The position numbers and the translations under genes were made by a program. This document shows, piece by piece, positions 37,540-48,802 of a stretch of DNA of 64,000 nucleotides. The first letter of the stretch is position 1. Each line of letters begins with the position of its first letter. Source of the DNA: Eutreptiella sp. 'Long Island Sound 2002' (taxonomy: Eukaryota > Protista > Euglenida); contig OZ038378.1 in NCBI GenBank assembly GCA_964036045.1, forward strand, positions 198,462,001-198,526,000, read 5' to 3'. The notes beneath the pieces were generated by a model. The model was not told where the DNA came from. It made no database searches and saw only the letters and a program-made list of their open reading frames with translations.

Positions 37540-38290
37540 TTGCTGATGCGTAGGCTATTTAGTGACACTTGAAAAGTTTTTCACATTTCATTTTTTTCTA
37601 AAACCCTTTTGTTGCCCGTAGGATGGGTTTGGGTGATCATTTGGTCACAAAACGGGTACTTGAGCACCCATGGGGACCCACGTAGTGGCCACTGGCCCAT
37701 GTAGCCCGAGCCATGGGCCCCCCAAAAGCTTCAAAATTGCTGTTTGTAGGTGGTCCAATGGCATTTGGTGTGTGCACGAACTCTTAAAGCAGTTTTCCAC
37801 GCTCTACAGGTAAAAAAAATGGAAAATTTTGCAAATCATTTTTTGGATATTGTGACCACTTACAATGATCAAATATCCTATGAAAAACATGTTTTAGACC
37901 CTCTTTGTGTGTTTTTTACCCCATTTGGGGTTGGGGGGGGCGGCTCCCAAGGGGTCTAGGGCATAACCTGCTAATGCAGTTTTCCGGCCTCGGCAGCTCA
38001 AAAATGGAACTTTCCGAAACTGATTTTTTTGATACTCTGACCATCCGAAATGATCAAACATCCTATGTAAAGCATGTTTTAGCCCCTCTTCATGTGTTTT
38101 TCACCCTAGTTGGGTGTGGGGGGAGGGGGGGGGGGCTCCCAAGGGGTCTAGAGCACACAACCTGCTTATGCAGTTTTCCAGCCTTAGCAGCTCAAAAATG
38201 GAACTTTTCGAAACTGATTTTTTTGATCCTTTGTGTATCCAAAATGATCAAATATCCTATGTAAAGCATGTTTTAGCCCCTCTTTATGTG

Positions 38291-39327
38291 TTTTGTTGCT
38301 TGGAGCATGGGGCACCATCGTGCCCCAAGTGCAAAAGCCTGGGCTGGGGCATCAGCCGTTGCTGCCGTGCCGGACACAAGGGGCATGCCGACCCCTCGGC
38401 GGGCCCGCGTTGTCCGAGGGCCCCGCCCCGGGTCGCACTGGGCCGCCAGGTGCTCGTTCCCGAGGACCGGTGCGCTGGGGCGGCGGCGCTATCCTCCTGG
38501 CTCGGCCGGGCCCGCCCCGCCCCCCAGGCCCTCCCAGCTTCGGGCCCCCTGGCGTCCCGCCGGTGCATGGCTCCTCCCAGGACGCTGGGCGCACGCCCCC
38601 CCTTGGCCCTAGGGCCCGACGACTCCAGACCCCCGAAATGCCCCAAACCTGACCTCCTGGTTGACCGGGGGGGGGGGGGGGGGGGCAGTGAGGGTGGGGC
38701 CAGCACATCGGGGGGGGGGGGGGGGGGCGCTGACCCGTTCTCCCCCCGCTAGCTACTGGAGACAACAACTCCGGGCCGACGCCGGCGAGCGCCGAGATTT
38801 CTGCCGACCGGACAGGGGCGCTACCTGCGCTGCGGGGCTCCCCCACCCCCCCGTCCCCACAAGAGCAACCCCCCTCCCCCCCCCGCCGGCGGCTGAGCCA
38901 CCGGCGTCGCTCCCTGATATTTTCAGCCGCATCTCAGCGGCCCTTAGCAGCCGTGCCGTGCCGCGGCGTCGATCCCCACCTCGGGGACGCAGGCAACCCC
39001 AGCCGAAGGCCACCAGGTCCATAGCGGACATGCTCCTCGCACACCCCTCCCCGCTCCGCGGCCGGCGACGCGAGGGGGGGCTCCTCTGACACAGTGGCGG
39101 ATGCGCCCTCAGCGCCTTCGCCACCCCAGTCCACGCTGCTGCAGCGGCGGCAGCACGGCAGGGCAAGCACAGAAGAGACCTAGTCCCCTCTGGCTCGTCC
39201 CTCCTGGCTGCCGTGCAGGCACAGGTGGGGGCTTGTAGGGGAGGCCACGGGCGCCTGAACTCGACTTGGCCCACCTCCCCACCCCTCTGCCTCTATACAT
39301 AATCCAGTGGACGCTAAAAGACGAATG
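38291..39327. mobile_element. GC-rich 1037-bp insertion flanked by a 13-bp direct duplication
   Basis: CCCTCTTTATGTG at 38278-38290 and 39328-39340, splitting one repeat unit. The plus-strand reading CPKCKSLGWGISRCCRAGHKGHADPSAGPRCP is zinc-knuckle-like. Confidence 0.65.
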
Positions 39328-41574
39328 CCCTCTTTATGTGACTTTCACCCTATTTGGGTGTTGAGGGGGGGGCGGGCTCCCAAGGGGTTTAGGGCACAAC
39401 CTACTTATGCAATTTTACAGCCTTGGCAGCTCAAGAATGGTTGTCCCTCTCCCCTCTTCGATGTGCCTTGCTGAAGGCAATAGAATTTTCGGGTTGGCAG
39501 TCTTTGCCTTTTCCTTGTGCACCTTTCCTCATCTCTCGACAGAATTTAGGATTGGAGGGAGGGAATACGTCTTGGCTGTTACCACATCTTGTGATGTTGA
39601 GTTTGACTTTCCTTTGCAGACAAATGCCAACAAGACATCAAAGCAGACACGCATCGTGCCGCTGTTTTGCTCAATTTCAATGGTGTTATGGATTTCATCT
39701 TGCTTTCTGTGTTTTTGAGACAAGAAGATTGGCGATTCAGCAAATTAGTGCTCTGTGTTGTTGTTGTTGCTCTTGTTTGGAAGGCTGGCAACAGTGAACC
39801 TCCAGTAGGGCATGATCGCCCCCCCCCCCCCCTCCCTCGCCCATGGCTGAATGGATCGTAGGCTCCCAGTTCCCCTACCGACGCCATGCCCAGATGCCAG
39901 GGACCGGTGGCACCTCCACCCTGCCCCCCCATTTCTCCCATTCCCCCGCCATTCCCCCCCAGTTTTACTGGTACTGGGTACATTTTTGCTACGTCGCTAC
40001 ACACATTGCCGGCCACCTCGTCAGGGTTCTTCTGTGGCATGTGTCCAACCCTCCGTCTGGTGATTGCCCTGGCCCCATTGAAAGGACGTCCCATGCAACA
40101 ATGCGAGGCCCTCCAACACGATAATGTAAAATCGGGTCCGCTGGGCACATTACGGGTCCCTGGACAGCCACTGGTGTCATCGCTGGACCTGTTCACTGGG
40201 TTACCCGGTGCTGCCCGTCTGCTCTGTGTCTTGCATTCCGTCTCGTCGGGCCAGGGATGTATTGGAACGGCTGACAACCATAGGAGGGGGGGGTCCCCCC
40301 TGATGCGGTCAGCATGCGGTCCTTCCTATTCAGCAGAGGCACAATTTGGGCTGAGGCTGTCTCGACAGGGGCCCACAAGCAGATGGGGGGCTCAGAACAG
40401 CGCGGCATACCATCAAAGACGTGGGGTAAAGGACGCCAGAGTGCTGAAGACAGGGATGTATTGGAAGAGATTGGGGGGCTGAGGGGTTTGGCCGGACCCC
40501 CACTCCTCCTCCGAAGGTGCTGGAAAATTTTTTTAAGCTTAGATCCTCTTGTGCCAGAGACGCGGAAGAAATTTTTGCCTCAAACAGTGGAAGGGGAGCC
40601 CCCTGGGAGGGGGTCCAGGGGGCAGCCATCTCAGTGCCACCGCTGCTAGCCCTCTCTTCCCCTCTCACTCCCATTTCAAGCTTCCGCGTTAGCCGAAAAA
40701 TCGGCCAGTGTCGGCGAGCAAAATTTTTCCATTTTTCCAGTTGGCTAGTTCGGGTAGCAAAATTCCTCAAAGGAACCTGAAGGAAAGGTGGCGAGGCTGT
40801 GGAAAAATGGGGAAGATGCGGAAATTGTCCCAAATTGTCCCATTTTTCTCCGATTTTTCTCCTATTTCTTATCAATTTCACACATTTTTATATATTACCC
40901 AAAGTGCACCTTTGGCAATTTCTCACCATTCCCCAATTTTCGCCGGTTACACCCATTTCTCCCCATTTCCCTTGCCCCCCCTTTCCCCCATTTTTCCAAG
41001 CACCCTGCGGCTGGGCGGCTAATTCGGCTGCGGCTATCGCGGAAAAAAGCCTGCCATTTTCCTACTCTCTCACCCTCCCCTCTCTCCCTCCCGCCCTCCC
41101 TGCCCCCCTGCCCCCTGTCCCTTGTTGATGTGGCGTAGTGCTTGACGGATACCGAGCGGAAGCATTAACCCATATATGTTGAGGGACAGAAGCTGTTGTG
41201 CTTGGACGTGACCGATCCTTGTCGTTCACATGGGTCACTGTGCATGATTGGACGGACGCATTGCACTTCACTGGCTTCACTGGCTGGGGTCACTGGTTTT
41301 GCCACCGACGGAGGGTCAGCCACATCAGACCATCTTTCAAGAACATGCGATAGTAAGTATCCCTGCATCCCCGCACCCCGCATCCTGAACTCTTGGTGGC
41401 CACTCTCTTTCACAAGGTCAGTCTTCTGGAAGTTCAATCCGCACTGTTTGTCTGCCCGCCAACCATGTGCCTACTTGTACTAGGGTCTAAATAGGCTTCG
41501 CCTTCCGGGGTTGAATTGCAGTTTAGCGAGGGGTTTGTGGTTTTGGGGTCACGCATGCCTGTTGTACTGCACAG

Positions 41575-41705
41575 AAACTGGCTGTGCTTGAGGAGGAGGA
41601 GAACAACGCTTTTAAAATCCCCCTCAAGAGAGTCCATGAATGCCACAATCGTGCCAATTTCGACATTTCCACCGTCCTGAAGAATCATGACAAGGTGAAG
41701 AAGAG
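41575..41705 (+). CDS. PFR-like protein, exon
   Basis: KLAVLEEEENNAFKIPLKRVHECHNRANFDISTVLKNHDKVKKR aligns to PFR KCEEENQAFSKIHEVQKQANQETSQMKDAKRRLKQR. AG/GT, phase 0 to 2. Confidence 0.85.
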
Positions 41706-43012
41706 GTTTGAGCGTACCGTGTGTCATGACTGGCCCTCCTGTCCTGGTGTTGTACCCTGCTCGTACCTGTCAGGAGCACGTGGGTTTATCAGCGGGCACA
41801 CATTCATGCTTCGGCACCCGGGGTTTGAATGTGAGGTGTGGGGCGTTGCGTCAATGGAGACAATCAATTCACAGGTCCCCCTCCCAGCGAGCAAATGCCT
41901 GGAAATGCAGTGCACTACTGACGTGCGCCACTTGCCATCTAGGGGGCGTGCTGCACAGCCATCAACTAAGCTATTTGCTGTTTCATCGGCCTCTCGCTTC
42001 CCTCCACACATTCAGACGAACCCAGCCACACCGCGCTATTCCCCACATCTTTAGACGTCACACCCACCCAATATTGCATCTTCCAGCATTTCACATCCTT
42101 GGCTGCATCAACAGAAGACAACCCTCCCTCAAAGGGGTTGATGCCCCAAATGTCATGTGCAAAGAGGCAGCTCCATCCCCAAGGTGTTGAACTCCTCTAG
42201 CCCTCTTACCTGAGACCACCACCAGCCTAGGCATTCCTGCATTGGCACCCACAGCGTGGGTGCCCATGGCAGGAGTGCATACCCAAAAGCTTGCGCCAAC
42301 GAGTCCAAATTCCTGCTAGTGTGCGGGAAAAATTTGTGCCCCCCCTCCGCTCCACCACCTACTCCAGGCTAGCACGCCTGCCAGAAGAAGGCCCAGGCCC
42401 CCTCCAGCACCCACTGCAAGAAGCGTATGAAGCTATGCAAAAGGATCACCCCACAAGGAGACACTGAGCCTGATTTACCCTCGCATGAGTTTAGCCCCAA
42501 GGATGGCAGAAAGAGTACAACTACCCCATCATGTGTGTTTTTTGCTTGTTGAGCAGGCAGTTCTTGGACATGGTCACAGGGGCTATTTTTGCTCAGAAAC
42601 CTGCCTCCCGCAGGGTCTAGACTACTGCCTAAGTCAACCCCCCCACTCTGAATGCTCCTGTCTGCCCCCATCCCCCCAGCACCCCGGCTTCCCCCCCCCA
42701 ACTCCTCCTCACAGTTCACGCCAACGAACAAAGCAAGCGATGTCCAACCAGCCTTCATGGAATCTTTTTTCCGCTGCATTTCCTGGTTGGTTTAAAGAAT
42801 AGAGTGGCAGTAGGGCACACCCAAGTCCGGAAAGAAGAGAGCTCATTGTTGGAGCATGCAAATCACCTCGATTTTGGGATTTTCGAAAGCTGAAAGGATA
42901 TTCTACATGCATTTATGGAGAGGGGGGCATGTGTGGCAACTCCAAACTGTTGGAGTCAGTGTATTGCCAGGCTGGAACCACGCTCATTGATCTTCTCCCT
43001 GATCCCTGCAGG

Positions 43013-43076
43013 GGGCTAGGAATGGCCAGTCAAGGGGCTCGGAATGACCAGTCAGAGGGCTAGGAATGGCCAGTCT
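43013..43076. repeat. 22-bp tandem repeat x3 (GGGCTAGGAATGGCCAGTC core)
   Basis: Visible directly in the sequence. Confidence 0.8.
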
Positions 43077-43264
43077 GGGCAGTGGCAAGGGGAGCAGTAA
43101 GCAGGCTAGAAATGGGTAGCAACAGTAAGGGGAGGAGTGAGGAAGCCAAGTGCAGGCATTAACAACTCGAGAGCGGTAAAGAGGCTGAGGACAGGTATTG
43201 ATAGTCAGGGAAGGAGTAAGCAGTAAGATTGCAAGCATGTGATGAGCATGTGATCTTCATTCAG

Positions 43265-43358
43265 AGCTGAGCAGGATCTGCACAACTTGGTGACTGAACT
43301 GGAGAAGGTAAATTTGGAGGATTACAACGCAACCAAAGGATTCAGTGAGGAACGGGAG
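43265..43358 (+). CDS. PFR-like protein, exon
   Basis: AEQDLHNLVTELEKVNLEDYNATKGFSEERE aligns to PFR CETDLKHIHDAIQKADLEDAEATKRHAANKE. CAG acceptor, GTATGT donor. Confidence 0.9.
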
Positions 43359-43619
43359 GTATGTTCAAAAGTGATGTGCATTGGTGTGTTTGATGGGAGA
43401 GGGGCACGTGATGCCTCCTGGTTATGAAGATGGGGCCAATGTCATGCACAAGCGACAGTCTTGGAGTGGTCAAGTTGCTCCCTCCAAAAGTACCCCAAAT
43501 GCTTTGGATTGATCTTACAACATTGCTGTCGAAATGATTTTCTGGGCACCTCTGGCATAAGGTTGGGCCAGGAATGGTCGGGGCCTATGTGATAGCTGGA
43601 TGCCAAGGGAGAGGGGTTG

Positions 43620-44500
43620 GGTTAGGAAAAGGGCACTTCAAAAACCTCTAAAATCGCATGCATTTCCCAACCCTCCACAACAGCCACGACATCACCAATG
43701 GTGTGTGCCAGCATACAGGCTTGGCGCTGTAGGCGCAATGCAATGCAAGGCTCACCATAAGTAGTACAGGCACAGGGAACATGGGAGCTGTTCGGTGCAT
43801 TTTGGATGCTACATGGTTCTTGCTCAATCCTGGTGCCTGCAGAAGTGTTTGTGGAGGTATGGGCTGACTGGTGCGCCCCAACTGCGTGCACCTACACTGT
43901 TGCTGTGCTGGCTGTGTTGTAAGGACAGCATGCTGTGCAGTCAATATGTCAGGAGGGTACATCATGGTGAGCTACAATATGGCAATGGCATCTCATGGTC
44001 ATGTAGCGCCTTTAGCAACAACACCCATCCACTTGCACAGCACGATACAATGTGTAAATGTGTTGCATGTTAGTGAAATCAGCAAGTGCTTCCTAACGAA
44101 GAAGTATCCCGGGAACTGCTTTCAGCAGCCCTTTAATGGTCTACAAGTGCTGATGGGAAGTGTCCCTTGGTCCTTGGAAGGCACAACCAAAAACAACCAG
44201 TTTTGACCATTTTCACCAACATAACAAGTTTCCCTCCATAAAGTGACCAAATATTGGGTGCCGTTTTTGTGTGCACAAGGACCCCCAATGGCTATTGAAT
44301 GGTGGTTTTTTCTCCTTAATATTGGTTTTGGTGGTTTGGGGATATGAATGTATTATTCTTCGCTTGCGGCGCTTGAAGGTACCCCTCCCCTTTCCACTTC
44401 TCTTGAGAGGGGGCATAGGGGTACCGAGGCTGCCAAAAATGTGTGTAGATGTATTATGCAGCCATCTTTCTGCTCCCAATCGTGTGCCAGTGTAACTGGT
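43620..44500 (+). pseudogene. Probable decayed non-LTR element fragment
   Basis: LPFPLLLRGGIGVPRL resembles the post-RT PxxxGGLG motif; the upstream KCLWRYGL is weakly RT3-like. Confidence 0.35.
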
Positions 44501-45480
44501 GTGGCGTAGCCAGAGAAAATCCACATGCAATTGTCTTCCTCTGACCGGAATGCTTGCTAAAGTTTGGACTTTAGCGCTTTGTGTAGAGGGTGTCCCGTTT
44601 GTTTTTCCCACGGCCAGTGTCACAAGCCTCCAAGTTACTTAACCTCAAAGGTGACTGTGTTCTTTGTTTTTTTTTTTTACTGAATACTTAGCTCTGCAAA
44701 GGGTGCATTTTATTGACAAATGCTTTGTTCTCAAGCCCTAATTCCGTTTACCGTACAAACACCAATATTTAGCCAAAATATTTAATTCTAGGGTGCGTTT
44801 TTTTTTGGCGCAAACGAAAACAAGAAACACAATTTTTTTGTATAATTCTTGCGTTCCGGACAGAGGATTTCGCAAAAAAAATTAGGTTAATTAAACAAAC
44901 AATCCGGAGAGTGTAGGGTTTGTATCGTTTGTGAACACTCGTACAGGCATGATGCAAGAACCCTGGTTGCTTCCCCTATCTGCCCCAACCTTTTCCGCCG
45001 ACAGCAATGTTCTCTTTGCATTCTTTCTTCCCAACTTTGCCCACCGAGGAAGCCATTCAATGGCAGCAATGGCAACAAGCTTTGCAGCGAACTGATGCTG
45101 AGGGTTTTTGTCGCAAGTTGGTTTCACAAATTGTTAATTCTGTGGATTTTCCTGATATTGTCCCCCTCCGGTGGTGGCCTGGTCAGCCACCTGGCACTTT
45201 TGATGTTGCCTTCTTTTGCCAACGCCTGGTTGAGGGTATGCTGGACAGTGCAACCAAAAGGATTGAGCAATTGACACGTACAAGGAAAGTATACCAGGCA
45301 TGGAGTGACGCAGAGTGGTCCATGGTGCTACAGCTGAGTTGCAGTGATTGCGGGTGACAGTGTTGAAGTCAAGCAATGTTTTGGTGGGAGTTCTGCGTGT
45401 ATTCCGTGTTGTGGCAACCTTTGTGCATTCAAAACATTCCTTTCATCTGGTGGACCACTGCCAGGCAGGTGATAAATATG

Positions 45481-45556
45481 GTCTCTGCAGGATTTGAACC
45501 AGCAATTTTCAAATTGCTAGGGCAGTACACTGACCACTAGGATATTGCCTGTGCCT
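45481..45556 (-). other. Degenerate tRNA-derived sequence (SINE head-like)
   Basis: Minus strand TATCCTAGTGGTCAG (A-box-like) and GGTTCAAATCC (B-box) at tRNA-like spacing; no clean cloverleaf. Confidence 0.45.
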
Positions 45557-47176
45557 AACATAGCACGACATAGCAGTGCTCAAGGACCATATATAAACTG
45601 AGGGGTAATTTTTTTCCCAACAGCAGTGGTGAGAATACATTATCAAACCCAAAATGGCAGTTGGACAAAAATTATTTGCAAAAATTAAATTTATTTGAGG
45701 TGCTCAATACACAGATTTCGGCACACAAATTCAAAATAATAGCAAAAAAAAACTTTTGGGGCTTTTTAGTGGCAAAAACAAAATTTTTGCTTGATATTTA
45801 TTGTTTTAATTTTCGCAAAATGTTCATGTTTTAAAAATATTTGTGTTTGCACGGTAAACGAGTGCTGCCCACCTGGTTTGGGGGCATGTGGTCACAAAGA
45901 TTCAGCAGATGATGGGATGGTGGACAGTGTGTGTGCCCATTGTTGGTATTGGTGCAGGGAACAAGAAGCACTGAGCTGCAACCATGACACTTGGTGAGCT
46001 TGTGATGGGTGGTTCCAGTGCCACCAAAGTGCCAGTACAGCTTTATAATGATTTGTGTGGATGCATGCCTGTTGCGGTGGACAGGCAAATTTGTTGTTGC
46101 CACGTGGTCGTTGGTGGCTTGGATTTGTGCTCGGTGGGCCTCGTGGTGGCTAGTGATTGGAGCGGATAATGGTACTTGGCCTCTACGGTATGCATGAAGT
46201 TGTTTGATTGAATGCCGTAGAAGCAAAATGTACGTAGAAGCAAACTGCAATGTGAACGTAGGGCTTGAGTGCTTTCTAAGTGGGAATGGGAAGGCATGCA
46301 AATTAGCAACCACACCCTTGTGACCGAATGCTGGACATGTGAAGATAGTGGCAGCCACGAATCCAACAATACGGTGACTCCCCTACCTAGATGGGGAGCC
46401 TGTTTGCGAGTAATTAGGTGCACAAAAAAGACGCACATTGTGCAGCACAGCTATGCAGTGCAATTTTAAAGTGGCTGAAGCGGACTTGTCAGCATGGCTG
46501 GCTACATGAGAGGGACCACCAAGGGGGGTCAATAAGAGACATGCAAGAGAGAGAGGCGCGGAATATACCTCGAGCCAACAATGTCGCAATGTTCCCCTAG
46601 AAAAGGAACATGTTACGCATTGAACAGATTGTTCTTTGAGAAAGAGGGGGTCTCCAAGAATGTGCAATAGAGCTACTAACAGACCAAACTGTTTTACCTA
46701 GCCTGCACTATTGTAGGAAAGAATGTGTAGGTGAAGAAATGGTACATGCAAGAGGAGTAGCGAAACAACTTAGGATGCAAGGGAAACCCACTCTTTGGAT
46801 CCATTGGATGGTGCGTCACAATTAACGTGCAGTTTCTAAAGCTGCATAGAAGCATGTTTAGTCCAAGGCGCTATTCACCACTTGAAACCAACCATTTGCA
46901 GAACTATTTTAGGGTTGGTCTGTGTTGAACCCCTTCATCAACACAAAGGTGAGGGCTCCCATTCTCAAAATGTATGCCTTGGACGAGGGGTGAAAAGGGA
47001 TGCCAAAGAGTGGGGTTGCAAAAGAAGAAGAGGCAGAGGAAGGAGTAACTAGTGTATAAAGTCCAAACCTCATGCAGTGACACACATAACACATCCGCAT
47101 ACACCACTGCTTGCATGCCCAGTCTTTCATCTCATCACCCACAGCAGTCACTGAAGTAATTCCCCCACCTTCTCAG

Positions 47177-47277
47177 GCTAGCAATCAGGCGCTGAAGGAG
47201 AACCAGCAACGGCAAGAGGCCTGCTGGACCAAAATGGAGGAATTGGAGCAAGAACTGATCAGTCTGGGCAATTTCAG
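47177..47277 (+). CDS. PFR-like protein, exon
   Basis: ASNQALKENQQRQEACWTKMEELEQELISLGNFR aligns to PFR KSDRYIRENEDRQEETWNKIQDLERQLQKLGTER. AG/GT. Confidence 0.9.
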
Positions 47278-47430
47278 GTGCAGTACAGTGCGTCGCTTTC
47301 CCTCAACACTGACGTCCCATTTAATGGCCCTGGCCTGATGTTCCTGATGCCCATATCTGCCCATCATCCCCATCCCCCTGCTCATCCTATGCCCACCCCA
47401 ATCCCTATGCTCGTGCCCATAACACTGCAG

Positions 47431-47481
47431 GTATGAGGAGATCAAGAAGCGGGCCAAGGCTTTGGAACGCAACGAAAAAAG
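47431..47481 (+). CDS. PFR-like protein, exon
   Basis: YEEIKKRAKALERNEKR aligns to PFR FDEVKRRIEEIDREEKR. CAG acceptor, GTATAT donor, phase 2-2. Confidence 0.85.
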
Positions 47482-47857
47482 GTATATGAGTAGCCCTCGG
47501 CCCCTGCGTGCTGGCATGTGCTGGTGTTCCCTGTGTTACCAATGTCTTCCCTGTGTCACCAATGTCTGAAGTGCATCCCAAGATCAAATAGCACCCAGTG
47601 ACTGTACAACAGTTACACTGCAGAAGCGCAGGTGTGGACGGTCTTGGGAGAGGTGGGTGGTGGATTGGAGTGGGGGGACGGCGTACTTGCATCACGCATT
47701 CATCAACCCAGATCTGATGAGCACCCTCAGCTGGGGTTGCCTACTGTTATCAATTCAACTGCCATGGCTCATGCAGTTACTATTCTGGCCTGTTCCTGCA
47801 ACCCTGTCAATTGTGGCTGTCCACTGGCGTTTATTTCACTGCCTCAGTGTTCAGCAG

Positions 47858-47946
47858 GATGCGTAACAAAGCAGTGAAGTGGGACACAAGAAACCTCCTC
47901 AGCAGCTGCAGAGCAGCCCTCGACGTCTTTCATTCTGTAATGAGAG
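47858..47946 (+). CDS. PFR-like protein, probable next exon
   Basis: MRNKAVKWDTRNLLSSCRAALDVFHSVMR; the phase fits and the junctions are AG/GT. The alignment to PFR (LTVYNCDLAIRC) is weaker and about 9 aa short. Confidence 0.5.
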
Positions 47947-48802
47947 GTAGTATGGCGTTTGCCGTCAAGCAAACGGCCAACCAACACGTTGGCCTACAAA
48001 GCAAAAGTGCTGGGTGTCAGTGTAGTGTAACAAGGGCCCTGGCCACAGAGCAAATTATCTAGTCGTGTGGTTACCCGCCTGTCAAAAGTTAGGTGCCACA
48101 ACAACCACACATGCAAACCCCTGTGGTGAAAGGCTCTGAGACAATTGCAGAATAAAGAAGTCCGTACACCAGTGGGAGGTTTAACCTTCAGGCCACAACA
48201 TATGGGGACTGCAGTGTCTGTGTGCGTGGCATCTTCCACTTGGCTTTACTGGCTAACAGACAGGGGGTGACAGTATGGTGTTGACCTGATGGTACAGATA
48301 GTACGAATAGTGCTCTTCGAATGCCGCGCAGATGCTGCAAACACATGGTGCACTGGCTGCAATACATGATGGTGGGGATAGTTGCTGGCCATAGCCAGCT
48401 ACCCATGGTTTCCAACCAACCCTCCCACTACAGTAGGCCAACCACTGAGCACATGCCTGATACCAGCCATGAGTATGTTCATTGCAATTCAGCCCAAATT
48501 AGGCAACTCAGTTGGGCAAAGGAGCATCCCTCTTTTTTCTGTACATTCTCTTGGAGGCATCCAAAAAAGCTGTGGTGACGTTCACAAAGTTGTTGCATTG
48601 CTTATTGCAGTCTGCTTCACACAGAGATTGTGCACATTTTTGTGCAACAAACCGAAATGAGGTTGCAATTGTACGAGACCTCTGACTGGGCCGTTCGGAG
48701 AAATGGAACTGCAAGTGTGGTCAACTACGAGTGTTGAAGATTTTTGCTGAGATGCCTCATGTGTGGGGGCAGTTGACCAGGGTGTGGGAAGCGTGTGGGA
48801 AA

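Larger units (their letters stand above)
35469..39485 (+). mobile_element. Type-B HINE-like (non-autonomous Helentron/Helitron2) element with nested insertions
   Basis: 5' TCACC(C)CGAAGAGAGGTTGTTAGATC; 3' CTCTTCGATGTG, then a TTGCTGAAGGCAA hairpin and TAGAA followed by a T-run. Internal ~190-bp repeats. Contains a type-A copy and a GC-rich insert. Confidence 0.8.

Noticed and set aside
35672-38264. Many 60-130 aa ORFs in the HINE repeats (also 48900-58400)
   Set aside because: Incidental frames in non-coding repeats; they vary between copies with homopolymer length.
45007-45357. 116-aa ORF as a PFR exon
   Set aside because: The PFR alignment is continuous from 43358 to 47177 without it; it remains unassigned.
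1-47946. Euglenid non-conventional introns
   Set aside because: Every junction needed for the two spliced gene models is GT-AG; none required a non-canonical intron, though I cannot exclude one without cDNA.
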